In this document: in pieces, positions 52,530 through 64,000 of the stretch
Numbering within the stretch: the stretch's first letter is position 1
Layout: each line of letters opens with the position of its first letter
Source of the DNA: Octopus sinensis
Lineage: Eukaryota
Assembly: GCF_006345805.1 (NCBI RefSeq)
Contig: NC_043013.1
Coordinates: 1,798,001 to 1,862,000 of the forward strand
Length of the DNA: 64,000 bases
Direction: 5' to 3'
Notes under the pieces: generated by a model
What the model was told of the DNA's origin: nothing
Seen by the model: only the letters and a program-made list of their open reading frames with translations
Databases searched by the model: none
Made by a program: the position numbers and the translations under genes

Positions 52530-52830
52530 GTGGGGGCCAGTGCTCAACTGACCTCTAAAGAAGGAAAGGCAAATCGATCTGGGCGGAAATTGAACTCAGA
52601 ACGTAAAGACAGACGAAATGCCGCCAAGCATTTTGCCCGGCGTGCTAACGATTCTGCCAACTCGCCGAATTTAGTCTGTCTTTACGTTTTGAGTTCAAAT
52701 GCCGTCGGGGTCGACTTTGCCCTTCATCCTTTCGGGTTGATAAAATGGGTGTCAGTTGAACCCTGGAGTCGATGTAATCAACTTACCCCAACCCACTAAC
52801 TTGCTGGCCTTGTGCCAAAATTTGAAACCA
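52530..52830. mobile_element. Head-to-head SINE-C fold-back
   Basis: 52590-52614 vs 52674-52698 inverted, 24/25 identical. Confidence 0.8.
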
Positions 52831-53302
52831 ATATTCAAACGAATTGTTATAAACTTCAAAACATTTGAATATCACGGGACAATTGTTTCTTGGTTTTTAA
52901 TAGTGTTTTATTATTATTATCAGTATTTTTTTTTTTGTACTTGTTTCAGTCATTTGACTGCGGCCATGCTGGAGCACCGCCTTTAGAGTGGTGAAAGAGT
53001 ACAGCAGGGATCACCACCATCCCCTGCCGGAGCCTCGTGGAGCTTTTAGGTGTTTTCGCTCAATAAACACACACAACGCCCGGTCTGGGAATCGAAACCG
53101 TGATCCTCCGACCGCAAGTCCGCTGCCCTAACCACTGGGCCATTTATTTATTATTTATTATTTTTTTTTGTTCTGTCGAAGGATTTTCTTATTGAAGTAA
53201 AGATGAATTGTTTAGAAGTCGGCTCCGTCTCGTAACAGCAACATTTAGAGGTGTGGCCAAAGAATTGTACGCTCCCTTGACGTTATTGTGCGTTATATAC
53301 CT

Positions 53303-53367
<65 letters not shown>

Positions 53368-53979
53368 TCATTGAAACAACGTAAAGTGTGATTTAAGCCA
53401 GATTAAGAAGACCTGTTGTGGCAAAAATCTTGCTTTAAATTGCAGCTGTCGCTATTAGAAGTTGACTCATCGTGGAGCTATTTTCTGTGAGAAACTTGGC
53501 CATTTCTACTATCTCCACTTTTTTTTTATCTTCATCTTTCTATCGCCCCTTCGTTCACAGAGAGGAAACCACTCACACACACACACATACACATACACAC
53601 ACACCGTCTTTCTCTCCCTCCCTTCTCTATCTCACACACACTCCCTGTATATATGAGTGTGTGTGTATATATGTATGTATGTGTGTGTATATATGCATAC
53701 ATATATATATAATATATATATATAAACACATACACACATATATGTGTGTATATATATCTTTATATATATATATATCTTTAATATATATATATGTAATATA
53801 TATTATATATATATATATATAAACACAATATGTCTATATACATATATATTATATTCTTATATATATATATAATATATATATATATATATAAACACATATA
53901 TGTCTATATACACACTCGAGCGCGCACATATCTGTGGCCCTTTTTTTCTTTCATACTTTCGCTCTCACTCTCTCACCTC

Positions 53980-54037
<58 letters not shown>

Positions 54038-54854
54038 GTTTCCTAGGGAGGGACACAGTTATAACAGTGGCTGGTGGCAGGTGCGTTAGTCCGGACGATT
54101 TCAGCACAGGTGCGCTGCTGCTGTTCCCCGTTCAACATGGTTAGGTATGCCAACATGTCGAAGCTAGCGGCGAGAATGCGAGATGTGTGTACCAAGACAT
54201 GGTAGATTTTCTAAGACACAGATAGACAACGTGTTGTTGAAGTGGCCGCCAATGAGACTGCTGTCCAATAAAGTATTGATAAATTACGCCTCTGTGACTC
54301 ACCTGGCAACTGATATAAACAAGGTGTGCATGAGGTTTTTGTAGCAATCAAAGGAAAAGAGCTTTTGACGACAGCTGGCAGCTAACTATATTCAGACCTA
54401 CCTTAAACACTAATGTTTCCCTTTATTTTACAAATGCTCTCTCTCTCCCTCTCTCTCCCTCTCTCCCTCTCTCTCCCTCCCTCTCTCTCTCTCTCTTTCT
54501 CTTTCCTTTTCTTTCTCTCATACTCTCTCTTCCTCCTCCTTCTCTCTGAATTTTGTTTTTAATAAAGGAACAAAATATAGAATCCCTATTCAACACTCAA
54601 TCTTTCTCTATCTTCTTTTACGTGTGAATATGTATGTATGGATGTATGTATGTATCTCTCTCGTTCCTTCTGTCTCCTCTCACTCTCTTTCTCTCTTTAT
54701 GTGTGGTGTGTGTGTGTGTGTACACATACGCATGTGTATGTATGTTTGTATGTATGTATGTATCTATCTGTCTATATATATCTATCTACCTACCTACCTA
54801 TCTATCTATACATACATGCCTAGAAACAGACACACTACATTATGAATATGAAGG

Positions 54855-54893
<39 letters not shown>

Positions 54894-55191
54894 TTCTGTG
54901 TATGTCTGAATGAGTGCGCGAGAGTGCACACACACACACACACACATACACACATATGTATATACATGTGTGTGAGTTGTATGTATATATATATATATAT
55001 ATGCATGTATGTATATATATATATGTATATATATATGTATATATATATATATGTATATATATATGTATATATATATTATTATGTATATATATGTTATATT
55101 ATATATGTAATATTATATGTATATATATATTATATGTATGTATATATATATAGATATATATATATCTATAAATATATATATATATACATAC

Positions 55192-55235
<44 letters not shown>

Positions 55236-55379
55236 GTATATGTATATGTATGTATGTATATATATATGTGTGTATAGTATATATATATATATATATATGT
55301 ATGTATGATATAATAGTGTGTGTATTGTATATATATATATATATATGTAGTATATATATTATATATATATATTATATAT

Positions 55380-55416
<37 letters not shown>

Positions 55417-55810
55417 AAGTATGTATGTATATAAGTATACATACATATGAATGCACGTGGCTTAGGGGTTAGGGCATGCTGCACACAATCGTAAGGTCAT
55501 GAGTTCAATTCCTGGCTGCGTGTTGTGTCCTTGAGCCAGCCACTTTATTTCCCGTTGCTCCAGTTCACTCAGCTGGCAAAAACGAACAGAACCTTAATTT
55601 CAAAGGGGCCAGTCTTGTCACACACTGTGTCACGCTGAATCTCCCCGAGAACTACGTTAAGGGTACACGTGTCTGTGGAGTACTCAGCCACTTTCACGTT
55701 AATTTCACGAGCAAGCTGTTCCGTTGATCGGATCAATTGGAACTTTGTCGTCGTACCTGATGGAGTGCCATAGTAATACATACATGTGTGTATATATATA
55801 TATATATATA

Positions 55811-55851
<41 letters not shown>

Positions 55852-56647
55852 AACAGTATTTAAATATTTCAAAGGGAAATGGAATTTAATTAAAATTAAA
55901 AAACATTCAATTAAAATTTGTATTTCCAGTGGTCTAACGCGTAAAAAATTTTAGTCAAAAAGGCGATATATTAGTCATACGATATAGTGTATATTTAAAC
56001 ACATAGAGTATCCACTTATAGGGATTCTACGCATTAGAAAGAACAGCTAAGTTCTGTAAACCACAAAAAATTCGGGACAAAATTCGACAGGAATAAATTT
56101 GGAAATGAAAAACATATATTAATATAAGTATATGAACTTAGGTTTCGTAAATATGTATATATATATATATATATATACGACGGGATTCTTTCAGTTTCCG
56201 TCTACCAAATCCACTCACAAGGTTTTGGTCGACCCGGTTCTATAGCAGAAGACACTTGCCCAAGGTGGTACGCCCTGGGATTCAACCTGGAACCATGTTG
56301 CCGTGAAGTAAGCTTCCTGACACACAGCCATTCCCTCGCCTATACACACACATGGAATAGAAAAACAGCCGACGACTGAAGAAGGGTCGGTTTTTTAGGT
56401 TGCTTCTCTTGTTTTCCATTTGTTTCTTTCGCTGTTCGCAAAAAGAAGTTCGTATTCCATGTTTTCGTATTTCGTATTTCATGTTGTTTACGTTCTGTGA
56501 CGTCTTGTGCCCATATATGCAAATGTATATACACATATATGTATATACACATATATTTATATACACATATATGTAACTATGTACATATATGTAGATTATT
56601 TATATTATTATTATTATTATTATTAATATTATTATTATTATTATTAT

Positions 56648-57261
<614 letters not shown>

Positions 57262-57338
57262 TTATTATTATATACATACGTACATGCATACATACATTTA
57301 TATATAACCTATATATATATAGATATATCTATATATAT

Positions 57339-57379
<41 letters not shown>

Positions 57380-57867
57380 CAGAGATAGATAGAGAGAGAG
57401 AGACACACCACAAGTATATATACATATATATATATATATATAATACATATAAAATATAGAAGCTATCTATGCATCCATACGTCTACATGTCCACATGTTG
57501 TCGAGTACCTGAGCACTGTATACACCAGGTTCCTCATTACACTCATACAAACTTATAGGCAAGCCTACAAATATTTATGCATGTATATCCGTTTTTTGTA
57601 TAACTGTGTGCACGCGTGTGCACGTGTGTGTGTATGTATGTGTGTGTGCGTTGCTAAATATTTACCTGTCTGTCTATTTTTATGTAGGTACGTTTCTGTA
57701 GGCATTAATGTAATTTAATAGAAGTCTGAAATTCATGTCATACGAGACGAACAGGCAATGTATACACATATACACTCCTGTGAATATACACACATGACAC
57801 ACAACAGCCATTTGTCTGATATGTGTGAATTCATATCTTTATGGCAGACAGACACTTGTACAGATTG

Positions 57868-57936
<69 letters not shown>

Positions 57937-58201
57937 TGAGAATGTGTGTGTGTGTGTGTGTGTAAATACTAAAACTCGAGAAATAGGCAACGGATTTCAT
58001 TCAAATTTTACACATGCCTTACTTAGCGTCCATGCAGTGTCATGGGCCAAAACGATTTTCAACTTCTTGCCTAATGCAAGCCCAGAGCAATCTCTTATCT
58101 CTTCCACTGTTTCCGTATTACATGTCAAAAGTGAAACAGTAACGTCTCGATTAATACTTTCACTATTTAATGCTTTCAATTTCTATTACTTTCATTATGT
58201 A

Positions 58202-58239
<38 letters not shown>

Positions 58240-58292
58240 TTTCACTTCTAATACTTTCATAATGTATTTATGTACATGTTTGTGTATATATA

Positions 58293-59567
58293 CGAGGGGC
58301 GTTCAATAAGTAATGCCCCTGACCCACTTCCCATAGCAGTAGAGCAACGAAACTTGGCACAGTTATTAGTCTTTTTCTACATAGGAACCACCCAGAGTTA
58401 CGCATTTCTCCCATCGTTTGATGCAGCTCTGGAGACCGTTTTTGTAGAAGAACCCAGCTTGGTCCTCCAGCCTCAACGTGACTTCAGAAATCAAGGCTGC
58501 ATCATCTGGGAAACGCTTTCCTTTCAAAAACAACTTCATGATTGGGAAGAGGTGAAAATCAGAGGGTGCAAGGTCAGGAGAGTAGGGGGGATGGGGAGGA
58601 GTTCATAGCCATACGCCTGTGCTTCTGATCTGGCGACAAGCGAGTTGTGGACCGGAGCGTTGTCCTGCAGGAGGAGGATGCCTTTGCTGATCTTGCCCCG
58701 CCTCTTGATTTTGATAACTTCTCTTAATTTCCTCAAAAGTGAAGCATTATAGGCTCCTGCAATTGTGGTACCCTTTGCCAGGAAATCTGTCATCACTACT
58801 CCGTCCTGGTCCCAGAAGACTGTGAGCATGACCTTGCCAGCGGAGGGCTGCACCCTTGCCTTCTTTGGAGGGGGTGAGTCACGGTGCTTCCACTGCATTG
58901 ACTGGGCTTTGGTCTATGGATCATCGTGATGGACCCAGGTTTCATCCTAATGTGATCAGTCTTTTGAAAAAATTTGACTCATCTTCTTGGCACATCTCCA
59001 AATTCACCCTCGAGCACTCGACGCGTTCTTGCTTCTGGAAAGGCGTGAGCAACCTGGGAGTCCATCTGGCAGACACCTTTTGCATATGCAAATGGTCATG
59101 AATGATAGTTTCCACAGACCCGGTACTAATCTTGACCTCATGGGCTATTTGGCGAATAATTATGCGTCGATCTTCCAAAATGGCAGCCTCAACTTGATGG
59201 ACAAATTGCCTCATCAATGGCAGAAGGGGGCGACCAGATCTGGGAGCTGTTTCTACAGAGTTCCGACCATGTTTGAATTCACGATGCCAGCGTTTTACAA
59301 GGTCATATGATGGGGCATCATCACCATAAGTTACTTTCATTTCATCAAAAGTCTCCCGTGGTGTGCGTCCTTTCAAATACAAAAACCGGATCACTGCTCG
59401 ACACTCAACAGGCTCCATTTCACACTTGACTCGGTTCAAACACCTGTAAATCAGAAACCACAATTAATTCACAATTATATAGAGATATAAATGATTACAC
59501 ATGCAAAATTTCAGCTAGATCAAACAACTGCAAGTGGGTCAGAGGCATTACTTATTGAACGTCCCTC

Positions 59568-59568
<1 letters not shown>
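58293..59568 (-). mobile_element. Full-length (1276 bp) mariner, DD34D, transposase disrupted
   Basis: About 37-bp TIRs CGAGGG(G/A)CGTTCAATAAGTAATGCC(C/T)CTGACCCACTT with TA flanks. MEPVECRAVIRFL.., DETWVHH, QDNAPVH..PDLAPSD. +1 frameshift and TAG near 58917-58950, -1 frameshift near 58590. Confidence 0.95.
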
Positions 59569-59617
<49 letters not shown>

Positions 59618-60080
59618 CCCTTTTTTTCTTGTGCATGTGCGTATATTGACGTGTGTATGAATCATTTTTGAGCGCGCGCGCGTGTGTGTTTCAAGTGAGG
59701 GTGGATGAGTATATACATATAGGCGCATGTACGTGGGTGTACGGGCGCGCATGTGTATGTATGGACATGCGCGCATACACGATTACTATGAACATTTTTA
59801 CTCCCTCCCCTCACTTAGCGGTCATTCTTATACCTCTTTTGTCTTAATAACTGTCAATCACACAGTAATTTCCCTTTGTTTTAACGGTCATTTTCATAGC
59901 ATTTTTCCGATGGCCCGATAACTGAAGAGATGCTGGCATGGGTTTCCGCTCCGACATCCGACATTCGGAGTTTTATCATGGCTACCGAATAATTGTCACA
60001 TATTACATTTACAGATAAATTCCTTTATTTACATAAATCGAGGTCTCTTTCATTCTTTTGTTGTCTTACCATTTCTATCA

Positions 60081-60112
<32 letters not shown>

Positions 60113-60155
60113 ATATTATATATATAATATATTATATATATATAATGTATGTATG

Positions 60156-60206
<51 letters not shown>

Positions 60207-60497
60207 TGGATATATCTAGAAGACCCAAGCCTGTAAGACTATGTAAGTGCCATGGGAAGACCGTAAATAGATTCGGTTCGATAGTAATAATACGAGTGAG
60301 GAGTACGGCTGTTGTGTGAACATTATTATTATTAAGATTGGAATAAAAAATATGTTAAATAAAACGGGACAATAAATCCAAGGCTTCGTTTTGTTGTCAA
60401 CTCTTATTTAACATTTATGTGTGTGTGTGTGTGTGTGTGTGCGTGTGTATACAAACATAATACATACATACAGAGAGAGAGAAAGAGAGCGAGAGAA

Positions 60498-60540
<43 letters not shown>

Positions 60541-61019
60541 GATAGAGAAAGCAAAAGACAAAAGACGAAGTGCGAGGAAGAAGGACGGAGAGGATTATTG
60601 ATTATTGATCTGCAAGTGTTATAAATTTGTAATTAGCCGAGAAACATTATTTAACAGTAATCGATGTTTGTAAGTATATCAAATAAAAGCCAGCGAATAG
60701 AACAGTCTAGTTGCTGCTCTGTGGTCGCCCGTCGTGCTAGAAATAACCGCCAAACATCCTTCAAATCGAACCTTACCATATTAAAGATTAAAAAAATACA
60801 CAAGAAACGGACTGGACTCATTATATAAAGGATGATGCAATCTTAAATACATAATGTCTGAAATAAAATATCCGATGTCCATTTCTGGAATGTTCTCCAA
60901 CCATAGATTCGGCTTTGTGGGTCTGCCTTGCCATCTCACCCCCAAACATATGTTTAAGGTTTAAAAACAAACAAAGGTTTCTAGTTTTATTCCAATGTGG
61001 AATTTGGAAATGGCTGGCA

Positions 61020-61407
61020 GTCTTTTATTCTTTTACTTGTTTCAGTCATTTGACTGCGGCCATGCTGGAGCACCGTCTCTAGTTGAGCAAATCGACCCCA
61101 GGACTTATTCTTTGTAAGCCCAGTACTTATTCTATCGGTCTCTTTTGCCGAACCCCTATAATACGGGGACGCAAACACAATAACATCGGTTGTGAAACGA
61201 TGATGGGGAGACAAACACAGACACAAAAACATATACACATACATATATATACGACGGGCTTCTTTCAGTTTCCGTCTATCAAATCCACTTACAAGACTTT
61301 GGTCGGCCCGAGGTTATAGTAGAAGATACTTGTCCAAGGTGCCACGCAGTGGGACTGAACCCGGAACCATGTGGTTGGTAAGCAATCTACTTACCACACA
61401 GCCACGC
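61020..61407 (-). mobile_element. SINE-A, full length
   Basis: Tail, short microsatellite and head. Further copies at about 16965, 24570, 27010, 27520, 47140, 51390, 56178, and 61408-62950 (split by Tc1). Confidence 0.88.
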
Positions 61408-61527
61408 CGAACCGCTATGTTATGGGGACTTAAACACATAGGCATCGGTTGTCAAGCGATGTTGGGGGACAAACACAGACACACACATATGCACACACAT
61501 ACATAAATACATGGGCATACATATATA

Positions 61528-62780
61528 AAGGGGTTGGACAAAATTTCAAACAAATTTATATTAATATGGGATATGACCGCCTTTGGCAGGAATTACAGCT
61601 TAAATTCTACGAGGTATGGACTCGTACAAAGTTTGAATTGTTTCCAAAGGGATTTTTGTCCATTCTTCAGCTAAAACAGTCTCCAGTTCTTGTAGTGATG
61701 ATGGTGGAGGATATTAACACCTTGTTTTTCTAAAATGCACCATAAATGTTCAATGATATTGAGATCTGGGGACTGTGGTGGCCAGATAAGATGTTCAACT
61801 TCACTAGAATGATCCTTGTGCCATTCAGTAACAACTTTAGCTCTGTGAATTGGTGCATTATCATCCTATGATAGCGTTTCCCTCCGGAAACAGTTCCGCA
61901 ATCATCGGATGAATTTGATGAGATAAAATGCTTAAATAGTCTTGACTATTAATTCTGTCATGAAAGGAAACCATTGGGCTGGCGGATTTCCAAGATATAG
62001 CTCCCCAGATCATCACAGATCCTCCTTCATGTTTAACAGTTGGAAGAAGGCAGTCTGGGTCAAATGCTTCTTTTGGCTGTCTCCACGCGTATACTCGGCC
62101 GGTGGTCGGAAATAAGGTAAAGGATGATACACCCGAGAAAATAATATTCTGCCGCTGCTCTGGAGACCAATTCTGTGGGGTTTTGCTCTATTCTAAACGC
62201 TTTGCAACGTTTGTTTTTGAAAGTAGTGGTCTTCTGATTGCAGCCCTCCTATAAAATCCTGCTTTGTGCAGCTCTCGGTGAACAGTTTTTGCGGAAACTG
62301 GGTCCTCGAAGTGATCATTAAGCTCTGCAGTAATTTTGGGAGCTGTACTTTCGTGATCCTTTGTAACTATTTGCGTAAGAGTCCGACGGTCCTTACCTGA
62401 AAGTTTTGGTTTTCTTCCGGAGTTTTGTTTCGACGAGGAGGTTTTCCCTCTTTCTCATAGGGTGTCATTACTTTCGAGACAGTACTTCTTGATACACCAA
62501 ACATTTCGGCTGTTTTCGTTACGTTAGCGCCTACCATACAAGCACCAACAATTTGACCTCTTTGAAAGTCTGATAGATCTGTCATTTTAATGAATATTAA
62601 TTACCTTTTTCTCATGATATCTGAAAAGAAAGAGCAATTTTAGAAAAACATATTAAGCAACACTAATAATAAATCAAAAAACATAAAAAGAAACAAGATT
62701 TGACGGTTTTATAGATATTTCAAAATTATGATGCTATGATGTATGATGCTAGGTGTTTCCATTATTTTGTCCAACCCCTG
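61528..62780 (-). mobile_element. Tc1-like transposon, defective, nested in a SINE-A microsatellite
   Basis: TIR CAGGGGTTGGACAAAAT.. at both ends with TA. MTDLSDFQRGQIVG.., *DDNAPIH, WPPQSPDLNIIEHLW. First catalytic motif mutated (FSGVS). Confidence 0.9.
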
Positions 62781-63271
62781 TATATATATATACGACGAGC
62801 TTCTTTCAATTTCCGTCTATCAAATCCACCCACGAGGATTTGGTCGGTCTGAAGCTATGGTAGAATACACTTGCCCAAGGTGCCACACAGCGGGACTGAA
62901 CCCGGAACCATGTGGTTGGTAAGCAAGCTTCTTACCACACAGCCACTCCTTCGCATATGAAAACAACTTCAATAAAAAGCAAGATTCAAGATTTTACAGA
63001 TTCAAGATTCAATAGATTCAACAAGGAATAAAAGAACTCATCTTCTTCCACTCCGAATCTGAAGTCAGAGGTAGCATATATATATGTATATATGTGTATA
63101 TATATGTATATATATGTATATATATGTATATATATGAGCTTGAAACTCATATCAGAGTAACTCACAGTAAACATTATTATTAAAATTAAAATTAAAATTA
63201 TCCCCTCAAAAAGCTAATTTCTACTCATTCTTTCAAATATAAATGTGTGTGTATGTGTATATATATATATA

Positions 63272-64000
63272 CAGTGGGGGGAAATAAATATTCGTTCCTG
63301 TCAAAATTCTTTATTTATCTAATTTCTAATGAGCATAAATGGGATATACCAATACTATATTTGCATACACATGCATAAACTAAGAATATGCAAAGGAAAC
63401 TAGTAAATTATAGTTACTAAGGAATTTATATAAACTTATAAATATTTAGGGGTGAAAAAAGTATTCGTACAGAACATAAATAACTGATAATTCTGATTTA
63501 ATACTTCGTAGCATAACCATTATTCAGTTCCACTTCAACCAATCTCTTCTTGTAGTTCTTAATCAATGACTCATGTTTCTTTAGGAATTTTTCCCATTCT
63601 TCTTGACAAATTTTCTTCAAATCTCCAATGTACGTTGGGGCTCTTGAATGACTTTTAATTTTTAAATAACGCCACAAATTTTCAACGGGGTTCAATTCAG
63701 GTGACTGGCTTGGCCATTCTAATAATTTTGTATTGTGATCGACAATCCATTTTTTGGTAGACTTCGCCGTGTGCTTAGGATCGTTACCCTGTTGTAAAAC
63801 CTACCCTTCACAAAGCTGGAGCTTTTCTACAGAGTCCCATAAATTATTGTTAAAAATATTTTGGTACATCTCTGCATTCATTCTACCATCTATCACATGT
63901 AAATTGCCAGTACCATTTGCAGAGAAACACCACCACACCATGATGTTGCCACCTCCAAACTTTATGGTAGGAATTGTGTTTTTCGGCAAATAGGCAGTAC
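63272..64000 (-). mobile_element. Second Tc1-like transposon (3' half; runs off window)
   Basis: TA|CAGTGGGGGGAAATAAATATTCG terminus with inner repeat near 63449. [35 protein letters not shown] with stop/frameshift. Confidence 0.88.

Noticed and set aside
58270-59310. Plus-strand ORFs 58270-58608 and 58987-59310
   Set aside because: Antisense shadows of the mariner transposase; the same applies to small ORFs within 3469-6138.

Overview
Eukaryotic, AT-rich, repeat-dominated animal DNA; no prokaryotic genes or CRISPR. The SINE families resemble Octopus repeats as I recall them (not database-checked). One complete host gene can be built by hand. It is a 3-exon minus-strand gene (CDS 35329-35290, 32410-32255, 23261-23065) for a 130-aa secreted protein with a 4-cysteine CBM14/peritrophin-A chitin-binding domain, plus TATA/Inr and polyA signals. 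A second, unidentified plus-strand coding exon is likely at 45626-46035. The rest is microsatellites, several tRNA-headed SINE families (labelled A, C, D, E, G here), LINEs (CR1/L2-like with intact RT, Tx1, RTE, R4/Dong), one mariner, two Tc1 elements, MITE/Helitron remnants and Penelope-like termini. The most notable pattern is about ten minimal type I hammerhead ribozyme motifs. They include a tRNA-headed SINE with a hammerhead tail inserted as a fold-back with an 11-bp target duplication, and a perfect 108-bp palindrome carrying a hammerhead on both strands. Two LINE/SINE partnerships can be read directly from shared 3' tails. SINE boundaries are approximate (about +/-20 nt).
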